64,000 nucleotides of DNA, taken from the NCBI GenBank assembly GCA_964252035.1, contig CAXUOO010000219.1; one strand, 5' to 3'. The stretch is from Podarcis erhardii (lineage: Eukaryota). The translations under genes and the position numbers were made by a program. The notes under the pieces were generated by a model, which saw only the letters and a list, made by a program, of their open reading frames with translations, was not told the origin of the DNA and made no database searches. Shown here one piece after another: positions 12,593 to 25,615 of the stretch; within the stretch, counting starts at the first letter, position 1; each line of letters starts with the position of its first letter.

Positions 12593-15500
12593 TGCAATGA
12601 CGAGCGAGTCTAAAAAACGTAGAAACTTGTCCAGAAATTGAAGAGACACAGACGTACAGAGATCATACGCAAGAGTTGAGTTAGCAGTCAAAGGCGGAGA
12701 TTTCAAGGTGATGGTATACCACAAAAACTCTTTATATACTTTATAGACTTGTTAAGCTTTGTATTTGTGAAATGGTCGCAACACACAGTAAGCGTCGAAC
12801 TGACGTAGCGAGTGAACACCTCCTTGCAAATTTATTAGTCGTATCACATCGCGCACCATAAGAGCAGATCTTGTAAATCACACGTCATATGTGGATTCTA
12901 GACAGATATACAAATACATTGAAATGATGCAGCGAGTGGGCAGACATTCAAACCTCCTCGTAGTAGAAGAGCTGGTGCGAAGTCGTGCTGCATAAGAATT
13001 TGGGGAGTGTAAACAATTTGTCGCTGACTGAAGAATCAAGGCAGAAGTGACACAACATCACCTCTCTCGCATACGAATGTCGGATCTTTTTGTTGCGACT
13101 CGTCCTCAGTCGTGTATTATCCAGGAGCCTCAAAAGCAAAGAATAGTCTCGTGCCAAAAACTTTTAAAGTAAAGATTCATTCGCGCTGGAATTCAGGATG
13201 TCGCGAGGTTTTCAACACACAACAAGTCTCCATCATAAAATTTGCGACCGTCGCTGAAGCCCCACCATGGGGGGCCTTTTTCGAAACCTCGGTCGCTCAT
13301 GAATACCTCTAGGAGACGCCAACAATTTCTGTAAATGGAAACCCCTTGTAATCGCAGCGATATAACATCAGATGTCCGCTACTAAAGTCTTCATATTTAC
13401 ATTATATGTATATTTGCATTTGCAGTTGCTCTCGTGACCTTTTCAAGGAGACATGGCGGATAAAGGAGGTCATAAGGGTGAAAGAACAATCACCTCGTAA
13501 ATCAGTCATGTTGAGTCGCTGCACGTCGCTGTTTGTTGCACACTCGCGTGTCTCAATCTTCACCAAGTATTTGCACTTTATCAAGCATCGAGCTATGTGA
13601 AAGGTAAAGTCTCGCTGAGCACTTCTCTATAGTCTGCAAGCTACCTTTTGATATACACAACTTTTCGCTCGTCTTCTGGCGCAAGAGCTGTGCATTACCG
13701 CGTACGCTTCTAGAAATTTCAGGTGACCAGTCGACTTGGTGCTTTGCTCGTCGCGACATAGTTGGCTCAAGATAGAGCGTCAGATTTGTGCAAGCTCATA
13801 CGGTTGAAGAAGTAACCGGGAGTGTAAAGCGTTTAAAGTGCGATGATCAATCAAACCATAGACACATCAAGTAAGAGCTAGCTTGAAGTCTATTGTGAAG
13901 ATAAACGAGGTGCTGCAGTAGGTCGGATTCTTCCCTGGCTTTTGTCTCTAGTCCTTGTCGAACACGGCAAAATAGGTGCATAATACATTTCTAATCTGTC
14001 AAATTTTGCAACCGGCGAATTTCTTTAAGTTGCACTATGCAGATTGTATGAGCGACCGCTCTTGATTCTCTTCGAGTAGCTTTTGTCAAATTAAAAAATA
14101 CTACATGACATCTTGACGGATCCTGGAGGATGCGCTAGAGGGTTGCGTATCTACGACTCAACCACGAAAATGAGTATCACTTTCGTAGATTAACTAAACA
14201 TCTCCATGTGTACTTACTTCTAGCTGGCAAATTATACTTATTTAACGAAGCTGTTGTTATTTGAGTAGCACTGTTCCTACAGATATGAGCGCGCAAGTTA
14301 TAAAAAAAAATTCAACAGTAGAGGCAGCAATCAAGAAAGTTTTACAAAGGTAGTAGATTCTACGAATATTGATAGGCTAATTCACTCACCTATCGGATTA
14401 ATTAAAGTATACGGAGCCATTCCTTGGCAGAGATCTGGTAATTGAAGCGAGTCTGCACGGTTCTCGATGAGTCCTGCCTATTATGCACGACGGTCAGCGA
14501 GCCATCTTTCAATTTTCTACCTGAGAAATAGTTGCGTTTTATGCACGCTTAAACACACAAGTGCCGAGCCCAAATACCACAACTGAATCAGCGCTTGACT
14601 GCGCTCGTGTTGAGACATGCTAAGAATTTCCACCAGAATCTGAATCAAGCGAATTTCGTTATATCTACGGCCTTCATTAGCGTGACGCAGGTTTTGATGT
14701 CCTATGCTATGAGGATTGCTATGCTAAATTATATATATATTTTGCCTTTTTCAGTCGTCCTAAATAGTTATCGAGTGTCAGGTTCTCGCTCATTTTAAGA
14801 TATGATACTAGGCACAAGTTGTATCGCCTGCGGATCGCACAATGCCACTAGCTTATATTTCGTTCAAATTTACGAGCATTGCTGCTCGACGTAATAACTT
14901 CATGTCACGCTATTTGAGAACAGAATTCAAGTCGTTCATTTACATGTGAATCTACATATATATCGAGGTACTTTACAAAGAAGACTCGCATCCTCGTTAA
15001 GTGCCCCTTTGCTCGCGGGTAAGGAGATATACATTTCGTAGGTCTCTCATTGACCTGCGCATCCTACGAGAGCTTTAACTGACAGTCGTGAAACTCTTCG
15101 AGAGAAAGTCAAATCCATACCTCCTTTGATTTTCACTTCTGGAGTTAAATGGAAGCATTTTTACTAAAACACTGCTATGACTAGTATTTCTTTCTGACCG
15201 ACTTCAAGCTATCTCTTCATGCACGTGTTCGGGATTTTCGCATGGAGTCAAACACCGCTGTTAAAACATTTGAGACTCTCCCCTTTTTACGATGATCATG
15301 TTATCTTGCAAAAATCTGACAGTCTACTTTGGGTCAACACCCTGTATTTGTCGCGTGAGCAGAAGCTACAAATTCGAGTGGTCGTCTAATTCTTCCAAAG
15401 TCTTAAACATTGTACAACTCCTGCGCCTGTAGACGACCTGTAGCTTGTGTATTTTATAAGAAGCTTGAGACTAGCTTTTTTCACACAGCTGGATGGTCGG

Positions 15501-16597
15501 AAACTAGAGCAAAAATATCCTGAAGAATAAGGAACGGATGTATGTTGCAAAAAGGGCAATCATATATTACATATACTAGTACTTCTTCTCCCATTAGGGG
15601 CTCCATGACACTCCTAAAAAAGCAGGCCTGCCAGCAAATATTGTTAGTTTTACATTAAACATCTCAGAAGTTGCCCTGATAATATCAATTTTCCTTGGTG
15701 ATAGTGTTCACGCGGCGGACGTATCTAGCAGTGGGCAGCTGTAAAGCTGAAGTTGCATAAGGGCTATCCATACAAAAAAGTGATGGTCTCTATTTCAATA
15801 GTGTGAAGCGTGTAAATAGGCTTGTGCGCGAGAGAAATAGTGTTTCTTGTGCTGCAAAAACGTGTCAAAGACTGGCTTTTTCCACAAGATAGACAATGTA
15901 TCCTCTGGGGACGGCATTCTACGTGACAGAATGAGCCTGTCTGCAGTTTACTCACAAGGAGACGACAAGCCAGTTAGTTGCTCTACGCAGACATTACGTT
16001 CTTCTACAGAAGAAAGCGGTGCTGTTGCAATAAACTTGTTTCCTGGCATGGGAAAAGAGTTATTCAATTTCTAATGGAATCCATTTTTCATGAAATCGTG
16101 ACCTTCCCACTAGCGCATCTCTTGAGGAAAGTGATGCCCGAAAGCAAACTCTTACACAAATAACAGCGTCTTCTATTGCCAAATTACAGTAATGACAACC
16201 TCATGTAACAACCTGTATAAATGAAACAAAAAAAAGTGTTCTGCTCAATTCACTTCAATTGCTACTTATAGTTTGCTTTACAGTAACGTAGTATCCACCT
16301 GATTGATTTACTGGTAGTGCATATTTACATCTCACCAGTGGTAATGTTTATGTTTTTGAATTCAAGTGCTTTGTCTTCACTGTTAGATTCATTGTGCTTA
16401 AGTCGAATAATTCTCCTGCTTGCTTCCACTCGGGTTTTGTTTTCCACGCTAATAACCAGCTCTTTGCTTGAAGAATTGAATTCCCAGGAGGAAAAAGTTG
16501 AAGGTATCTCTTCCAGAAGTAGTTCGCGCAGGTATCGCATTGTATCAACAGTTTCTTTTCAGAATGAGAATATTATTTTCTCTCTTGAACAAGCTAG

Positions 16598-16624
16598 ATA
16601 TATATATATATATATATATATATA
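16598..16624. repeat. (TA)n microsatellite
   Basis: Direct reading. Confidence 0.9.
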
Positions 16625-17503
16625 CCAGATTAATCCCGTACTTCCCCATAGACCTGATTTGCAAAGTCGCCTGTATGCTGCGTTCATCGCTCCCTTTTCT
16701 AAAGATTCAAGAACCGAATCCCGTGAAGGCGCCGTGAGCATCAGCCAGATCAGGGTGTGATTGAAACAGCTGCGAATAAAGCACACATTGGAGAAACAGA
16801 ATTGTTAGTTCAAAGAAAGTATCTGATGGAGAAAAGAGCTGAAACAGTTTGTAAGCGAAGCAGACTGAGTGCTGCCTGGTGAAAAGGGGATTTAAATATT
16901 GTCGAGCGGTTTAAGTGAGCTCTCTATGCTTCCGTTGAAAATTAATAAGCAAGCTTTTATCTCGTCAAATGCGCACGCACTAGCAAGCTTTCGCTTGAAG
17001 ATTTCTCGTCTCTCGTTGTGCAAAACGCAGGTGCTTAACTTATCACGATGAATAATATAAGTATCAGATCTACTTCGAAAAGCAATGTGTTTGTTTCGAG
17101 AAGCCTCATTGGGTGGAACAAGACATTGAAAGGAAAAATATGAAATATATTAGGTGTTTGAGTGCCATAAAGTAGGCGACCGCTTCTGACAGTGAAACCT
17201 ATTCATTGTAAACATACACCGATTCTAGACTGCACCCCAGCGAATGCAGACGGTATACTGTACATTGTAGTTTACTTGTCACATCTGCTCGATTTTCATG
17301 CTCGCTTGCATTGCACGATGCACAAAGTAAACAAGCGTGCGAGTATCATGACTGCCTTCTTTGAACCAGTTGATTTATTTCATGCATTTGGCGGACGTGA
17401 TTAAACACTTCTGATGCTGCAGATTAACACTATACACTGAGAGCCTTGCTCATAGCGAATCTGCTTCGTTATCTCCCGACGCTAACACGTAGTCAGTACA
17501 CAG

Positions 17504-20500
17504 CTACTTGCTTTTTGCGCTGTCCAGCTTGTGAAAAACATACATCCAACAGCTCATTTGACCCTGAGGCTTCACATCTGCTGCACCGCCATAAAAAAAA
17601 CGAGAATAGCAATGCAAACAGCTCCGGATGTACGTAGCTACTTGCTGCACAACCACCGCTTCTTGCTTCTCAAGGAGCCAGCTACGCCAGCGTCTGCATT
17701 GACACAAGGATGTACCCTGCTCTGCTATTGAATGGGTAGGAACATAACAGACGTATTCTGGTTTTAGCGCAGCACTCGTTCTCCGAGCAGCATCAAAACG
17801 GCCGGATGCCTGAAACAATCGATATCCAGTTATATCGTCATCAGCAGCACCAGTGAATTTACTGAAAAAGAAAAATGAAAAATCGTTCAAAGCGGCCTCT
17901 GCTTCGCGGAAGACAGGACCAGAAACTGTGTCATCCAGTAAATGCGTAAGGCTGTGGGGATGTTCGTGAATCCGCTTAGAAGATATATGTTTCTCTAGTC
18001 TTACGCTGTCCTTAAGGGTGTATGGTAGCTTGCGCTTGGCTGGTGAGCTACTGGTAGATTCAACAGCCTTTGAACGTCCGAGCGCTACGCCTGAAACCGC
18101 TGCGGTAGTGACTTCGTGGTGTTGGTGTTGCTCCGAAAAGAAAATTTCCTCACATTGAAAGTGAGCAGCATAACGTAACGCAAGAACTCCTATATCTTTC
18201 GCAAAAAGTCGCAGTACGCAAGATGCCCATAGGCTGCTCAACCTGCACAATAAGTAAGACATCGGGACAGCACAGGCGTCCAGTAGCGAAATCTAACTGC
18301 GAGACAGCCACACAAAAATTATTGCAGAGCCTTACTCGACAGTATCTGGTATACTGTTGTACTCGCTTGTTTGCCGAAAATATCAAGGAATAGATTGTAT
18401 CTACTCACACTGCATATATATTTCAAGCGGTCGCCGACTTCTTCCTCCACGTAATATACGTATACGCAGCGCACGTGCAATTCTGCAGCGCAAGGAGCTC
18501 AGCGCTACGCACCAGCAATCACAAGGAGCGTGCATAAAATCTGCATTATTCCATTTCTATATTCGGGCTCTGCAGATTTCTAAAAGAGGCTAAATAGAGG
18601 CTGATACACATAAAAGTATATATAAAATGCAGAATCTTATTCGACAGTATGTGATATATCGTTGTACTCGCTTGTCTGCCAAAGATGCCCAGGGGATCTA
18701 ATTATACATCAACTCACACTGCACATATTTTCCAATGTTTGTAGATATAAGTCTTCACGTATGCAGCGCACGTTCAATATAGCAGAGAGTATGCTCAGAG
18801 TTTTGTATCAGCAATCGAAGAGAGCGTACACAACTTTTACATCAGGCTCCGCAGTTATCTGAAAGCTGTAGAGCAGCAACTAACGCACACAAATATATGT
18901 ACGCATACAAAAAATTATGTGCGTTTGCGTACGTTCTGCTGTAATCTGGACAGCCGCAATGTTATATCAGCGCGAATGCGTCTACGCCACGTTGTGCAGC
19001 TGTACAGAAGCAATCAAAGATGTGCCGACAGTTGTTGTTTTGATCATTTCCACGTACATGCGAGTAAAACGAAGCAGCCTTTGTAGGGTGGTGTGTGGTT
19101 GGAGCTTTTTATCAGGATCTAGAGCGAGCTGTTTGTAAAATAATTCGCTGTCTACTCTTGCTTCCCAGCCCATTGCAATCAATTCTACAACTTCAGCGGC
19201 TGCTACAATCTCTGCACAATCACAAAGTAGAGAAGACGGTTGCAGTTCAAAGGCAACAACGCAACAGTCAAGGAATGCAGCTTTTTGGTTAATCAACCAG
19301 AAGAAAGGATGCGTTAAACAGTTACTGAAAACGGCGCTTCCACTAACAGCGGACGCTGAATGCTCTCCTCTTGCTGGAACTGCTATTTTGTCGCAGGCAG
19401 CAAAGAGTGAAGATGCGGCAGAAGGTGCTGGTTTCTTTTTGCAACGCTCTTTGAGAAAAGGCTGCCACAAGAAGCATTTGAAGCGGAAGTACGACTCCAA
19501 GGAAAAATATGGCTACCCGTCATTTCACTGAGCAGATCCATAGGCACTTGAAGCCAAATCAGCAGTAGCCGTCTCAGAAGAGGAGCGCATCCAGCTCCGG
19601 CAACTAAAACTTCATGGTTCATATTCCTCGCTACATTGTAAGAGTCAGACCAAAGAATGCTGTCTGTTGACTCTTCTATGCTACCCAAGTTGCAGTTGTT
19701 CTTGCGGATGCAGACGTTGCTAGAGCTACTGTCTCGAGGGCTGCTTTCTCTGTCGTTGTCGGTGGCAATGCGACCGCATCTGCTCAACAGATAAAGCGCT
19801 GTATGTACCAATGGGAATTCTAAATATGGTAAGGAGTTCGCGGAAGCAGGACTCAGAGCCTGAAACATTACCTCCTCATGACACAATGAGAGAGCGTAAA
19901 CAGCTTCGTAAATAACTAACATCACCTCCGGTGTAGATATACGCTGCTTCAAATTGAAAAATCCACTACCGCTGAACCTGCCGCTCGATATGCCGCGTCT
20001 ACTATCGCTGGCTCTGTAACTGTAGTTGTGCCTCGCTTTGAATCCAATCTGCTTCTTCTTTTCGGATCTTCTGTCTTGCTCGTCGATCCCTTGATGCTCG
20101 TGTCTATTGGGGCCGCTTGACGCGGGCAGCTCAAACACTGCGTCTTTCTCTTTTCGTTCATCTTTTGAAGACATACTTGCGCTATTTCGCAGTAGCGACG
20201 GTCGCTGATGCATATGCTGTTGCGTATGTAACTGCAGCAGCGCAGCTGCGTGCTGCTGCTTAAGCTGAGCGACTGCCTTTAAAAGTGCTTATAAGAAAAT
20301 AGGTAACCCTGTGAGGATCAAATACAGCTCTTATGGAGAATATAAAACAGCGTTTACATCAATGTGCAATCTTCTGTTTACATATTTCCCTTGTTGCTCT
20401 CTGCACCTCCTCACTGCTGCTGAGCCAATGTTTATCATGTAATGCTGCCTTGAAAAAATCAATAGTGACTGAACTGGAAGCCAAGCACAAATTGGAGGAT

Positions 20501-21060
20501 GGTGTTACCGGAGATTTGACAAGCAGTGGAGTCTCTACGTTTCTGGATCTTTCATCAACAACCTCCCACGTACTGCCGACGCTGCTGGCTTTCTGATGGC
20601 TGACGTTGCTTGAGCGAGCTGCTTTAATGAAATCTGGAATACCACTGATTGAAGAGCGCCTGAATTTTTTGTTGCAAAGGTTGCGTCTAGCAGCTCCTCT
20701 GCTTCTACTGCTGCAGCAACGGTTGTGTCTGCTAGCTTGGAGAGTGGTAATAGTGCTCGAGATTTCGGGGCCGCTGGAGTTGACTGATATGCCGCTGACT
20801 GCCTCCGAGAGCTGCAATATACTATGTAAACTGCTTCATGATTGGCAATGGCAGCACCAGCTTTGAAAAATACTGTCGGTTCCTGACTCGGTGGAATGAA
20901 TGGAGTGCTATCAAAGTTGCTAATTGTGAGGCTAGCGTTTTCGCTTCTGTCGAGATTAGTGTCGAAGCTGCCGCTGGTACCATCGGACCTGCTGTCGCTA
21001 CCGCTGCCATCTTCAAGATGCGTCTGGAAACTGTACTGCTACTGGGGCTTTTACTGAAAC
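17504..21060 (-). pseudogene. Frame-broken hypothetical protein gene (copy 2); longer open pieces than copy 1
   Basis: ORFs 20822..21016, 20359..20817, 19383..20213, 18982..19500 and 17504..18262 are paralogous to the copy-1 pieces. Relative to copy 1 there is a 2-nt insertion at ~20935, and there are frame changes near 20400 and 17635 (the copy-1 frame reads QVEYVHPELFALL). Confidence 0.6.
18330..18900. repeat. ~305-bp internal tandem duplication within copy 2
   Basis: ttgtactcgcttgt occurs at 18357 and 18662 with continuing similarity (ctcacactgca.., gcagcgcacgt.., cagcaatc). Copy 1 has one equivalent segment (~4120-4400). Confidence 0.75.
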
Positions 21061-21287
21061 TGCTTAGAGAACTTTTTTAATTCAGGTGAAGTGATTGGGT
21101 ATATTTTATTATTGAGGGGAGGAAGAAATTCTTGGAATACGCACCGGCCTCGGAAAATAGGTAAAAGTAGTCGCTTTGCACAATTCAAGTGGAAAGCATG
21201 TGAGCAGAGAAGCTGCCAGGTAGGAGTCTGAATGATGCTCTTGCTTCCTGCTTTTGACGCTGCGGTTTCTCTTTGTTCGCATAGTAT

Positions 21288-23127
21288 TTACAACGCTGCA
21301 ACGCGTGATCTTTTTCGCACAAAACAGCACATCACCGTCCACCCTTTCGCAACGGTGCAGCCGTCTCCGATAACAAAACTGTTTGGGCACGAGCCTTTGT
21401 CTTTGTTGCCAGTGAAATCGCAGCAGTTGTTTGCGTCTTTGTTATGAAAGCCTTCTAACGGAGACTCGCAAATTACGGGCGGTTTGCTGCAAGGAATGCA
21501 CCACAGTCTTGCATAGCGTTTTTGCTGCTGTTGCCATTCTGGAAGCCGTTGTTTGAACTTACGCGCTTTTTTCGCACTCATATCGGCCTGTCCTGGGTGA
21601 TGCGAAGTTGTAGTACTAAATTTATTGAATCGTTTCTTGCTATTGCCGTGGGCGTCGGTACTGTAGCAGTAACACTCATATGCACTGTCCCAGCCGGTGG
21701 TATGTGTGCTGATTCAGTTGTTGTCATTGCAGTCGCTCGAGGTAGCTTTGCTGATGCTCCTCCACTCTTTACAGAAAGCAAGTTTCTTGGGGGGGGGCAG
21801 CAGTGAGGTTGCTGATAGTGAAACGCTTTCACAGGAACAGTTGGCACCCATCCTTGCTGCTGATTTTGCATATACAGTACCATGAACACCGGTTGCAGCC
21901 TCTGCAGAGAGATGCAGGTTTCATCAAGACAACTTTGTATAACATTCTCTTGACTCTTTCTTCGGCAACATTTTTGCACGACGCTGCAGTGATGAATCGT
22001 GGTGGCTGCTGCTGCAGTTGCTTCTGAAGCTGTCAATTGGTCGTGGAAGAGGAAACTCTCTATAAAGTCTTGCAGCTGTCGCACATGGCGGCAGCACAAT
22101 GAGCGTAGCAGCTGTTTTTGGTCCACTTCGAACCCGCCAATTTGTGACCTTCTGGTAAATATGACATCGCAAGCCATCGTCGTACCGCGTTTGCTGGCGG
22201 TAGCAAATGGTCTCCCACACTCACTGCTTTCACACCGGACACTTGAATTGCTGGACTCTCTCTTGCTATTTTCTGACTATCTACGCCTGCATATCCTGCC
22301 AAAACCTGGTCTTGTCTTATGATACCTTCTCTGTTTGCTTGTGGCGCAGCTGCTGGTAGTTGACCTTCTTCCGCTTTTTTCTGTGGCTCATCCGCTGGAT
22401 ATCTTAATGTGGACAAAACGTCCTTGAGTGTACGTGGCAAACTGGCTGTTGATTCGCATGAATCTGTGGTCCTGCAGTCTCCTGTCCATTCTCTTGGAGA
22501 CTTCCTGGCGCTTTTCAGTGGGTCCTGGTCAGCCTTGCTGCACTTCACCAGTTTCAAATGTTGCATTTCATTTTCCGCCCAGTTCTTTTCCACCCACTGT
22601 TGTAGATCTGCAGCCGCCGTGCTTCTACTTTCAACAGTTGCTGTATCAGCTGAAGAGCTGTTTTCTCCTCGCGCGGAAATTGCGTAAGCCAAGTTGGATA
22701 TTCCCACTGCTGTTGCTGCTGGTTCTGATGCTGAGGCTGCTGCTTTTGTTGATGCTGAAGCTTTAGCTTAAGAGGCCCACACAGAACAGATTGACGACGC
22801 GATAAAATCTCTGTACCTCCAGGAAGTCTAATATTGCTATGATTGTTGCTGCCAATGCTGCTCAGACTCCGGCGACCACAGTTGTGGCTGCTATGCGTGG
22901 TAACATTGGTGGGGGATCTGCCACTATTCTTTGCACTGCCATTTTTCGTTTTATTGTAAACTACTGAGCAGGGAGGAAACGACAGACAGAAGTAACCGTT
23001 GACTAAGTCTACAATTACTTTTACAACAGAACCTGAGGGCGCCCTTCACGGTTGAGAAAAAATGCGCATGGCAAGTCCAACTATATGTATAATCATTTGC
23101 ACGTAGATAATAAATTACTAAATATAC

Positions 23128-23175
<48 letters not shown>

Positions 23176-25615
23176 CAAGTGTGAGAACGTATATAGGTTT
23201 ATGTGAGCGAATAAAGTGTGAGTCTGAGACAGCCGATAATACGAAGGTAATAGTCACGTACACCACTCTTTTATGTTGTCCTTCTCAATAAGTGTCTTCC
23301 TCTATACGTGTGCGTGTCTGTGTAAAGAGAGATACAGTACGTACACGAGTTCTAAACGTTTTCAAACTCTCTTTCGTACACTGACTAAAAAAGGCAAACG
23401 CATAAGTAAACGAACCAGTGTTTCCTGCTATGCGATAATGCAGTATTGCAATTTCAGAGCGAGAACGGCGTAAAAGTTCCTTCGGACAAAACTGAACCCG
23501 CGTAAGCCTCTGCGCTGGCAGTGTGGCATCGTGCTATTTTTGATTTGCGAGAAAGTAATTCTTGTAAGACAGCACTGGACGTTGGCAAGTCGTACTTCTC
23601 TTGATGACATTCAATATACACGTTCGTGACTGCCTATTCTGTTAGTCGCTCTTCAGCTACACGGGTACACCACCTCCAAGGTTTTCAAAAGAGAAGAATC
23701 GCAATTTCATTCTGTACAAGGGACGCTGTTTGAGAAAGAATACACCACACTAAGAAGCTAGAATCCCGGTAAAAGTCACGATAACTAGGACCTCCTCATA
23801 GTTGCGCAGAAGCAATTTAGTAAACGAAAGTACAGCACCCAGGTTTGCCGCGTCTTAGGCGCATGAGGCATTTAGTTGTAGATGTATCTGGGAGCTAACT
23901 GTTCAGCTCATGCAATAGTGCGTAGGGTCCCTGACCGTGAAACCCAAAAATTGTTTAACCAAAACTAAAAAACCTGCAGATAGACAACTTTTCTGGTCGT
24001 TACTGCGGAAGCGCCAGTGGAGACATTTTACGTCAGCGCAATGTCTACCAGTAAGGGAGCGGGTGGCATATTTGGTGGTGAGTTTACAACGTTCGCGTTC
24101 ACAGAGAAGAATCTCCATCTCGACATTCATCTCTCATTGTTTTATGAGAGTACGTGCGAGCGGGCATGCTTGCAGGAAATAACGCTACAACTTTCTTTCT
24201 CACTTTACTTATATTTATATGTATATATATATATATATATCTACATGTCTGGGCACCCGTGGATGCCCAACCGAGAGCATTAAAAATTACTGACCTGCTT
24301 GACGCATTGCAACAAGTATACTCGCATCCACTTCCGGATCTCTTAACGGGAACACAGAAACAGCAGCAGTCTCCAAACAACAATTCTCTTTCTTATTATG
24401 ACTCAGCAGTGATGAGTCCCAAGGCTTGCAGGAAAGGCTTAAACATACAAGCAGTTGCTGTTGCTGCACAGTTCCCGCTGACGTAACCAGTGAAGAGCTT
24501 ACGCGGCGCAGTTCTTCAAGCAGCAGCAAGGAGAGCACAAGCGACATTTGTTCTGATTGTCTAGTGGTGTCTGGCATGCTTTTGCTGTTGTGCTTCGGTT
24601 TGCAGATGTTGCGTTTACTATCGCTCGAAGTGCATATACCTTCACGTACGTTGGTGGTGTTGCTGCCGATGCCGCATGTGCTGCTGCTCTGCTGTGAGCA
24701 ATCCCGCCCAATACGAGCAGTTATATCGTCTATTTTACACTTTGCGCTATTGAGGTTACAAGTGCTTTTCCCGCTGCTGCTACTGCTACTGGGAGTAAGA
24801 CTGGTGCTGTTGCAGCTGATGCAACGGTTGAGACAGTTCTGTCCAAGAGTTTCGCCGGTACTTGTCGGTTCGTCTTTTCATCTCTTCGCGGCAGATCAGC
24901 AGCAGCAGATGCTGGAAGTGTTTGAAGATAAAAAGCGCACCGCTGCAACTTGTTATCCAGCTGCTTTTCAGAACCCATCGCAAGGCATAGGGGCGAGGAA
25001 ACGGAGGAAGCCGGAGGAAGTGGTTGCATTCGTTGTCGTCGCCGCTGTTGTATCTTCATAGCTTTGCTTCCTCGAAATCTGTCCACAAAACGAATGTTTG
25101 GACTGCCCGGATATCTCGTTGCTGTTGCTGCTACTATCGGTACCTGAAGTCAGGTGCGCTTGCATTTCACTGCCGGTTCCGCTGCTTTGTTTGCTGCAGA
25201 ATAGCACGCTAGCAGTAAGACTTCCAATTATTTTCTGAAGTAACGTCTCTTCTACAGAGAAAGAAGCACCGAGTGACTGAGCGGCGTGAGCACGTAAACT
25301 GCGCAATTGTGGATAAAGGCTGAAAGACGGATCTTTTGCGGTGCTATCACCGTTGGTGGCACAGCTACTCTCATTAAATCCTAAAAGAGCTGTCCACAAC
25401 GGCAGCTCACTCGATGGCGGAAAAACACAGCGCATCTGCTCTTCTAGAGAAAAACTTGATAGAAAGTTGATACGAGTGACGCATCCACTTACAAGATGTA
25501 TCGCAACTCCTCGCGCTTTTGCTGCTACTGACTCTGCTGCTTCAAACACAACACTGCTGCTGCTGCTGCGATGTAACGCAGCGAGCTCACGCTGATCCTG
25601 CTGCCTCTGCAGCAC
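21288..25615 (-). CDS. Fragmentary low-complexity hypothetical protein gene (probably multi-exon and frame-broken); structure unresolved
   Basis: Overlapping CAG/GCA-rich minus-strand ORFs: 24968..25615, 24730..25086, 24287..24577, 22060..22707, 21578..22177 and 21288..21581. There is a GTAAGC donor after SLVLSLLLLEELRR (~24500) and a pyrimidine-rich acceptor near 22965, flanking an AT-rich, (TA)n-containing intron-like gap. Confidence 0.4.
23133..23171. repeat. (TA)n microsatellite
   Basis: Direct reading. Confidence 0.9.

Larger units (their letters stand above)
14290..21125. repeat. Segmental duplication, copy 2; direct paralog of 1..~6510
   Basis: Same anchors as copy 1. The offset is ~14.2 kb at position 3078 and ~14.6 kb at 6369, changing mainly across an internal ~305-bp duplication at ~18330-18900. 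Confidence 0.9.

Noticed and set aside
12593-12724. TTG-initiated N-terminal extension of the membrane protein
   Set aside because: Eukaryotic gene; the first ATG at 12592 directly precedes the signal-like segment.
21578-22707. A third paralog of the duplicated minus-strand gene
   Set aside because: Only vague matches (QKCCRRKS vs KKCCKKKS) and no collinear nucleotide anchors.
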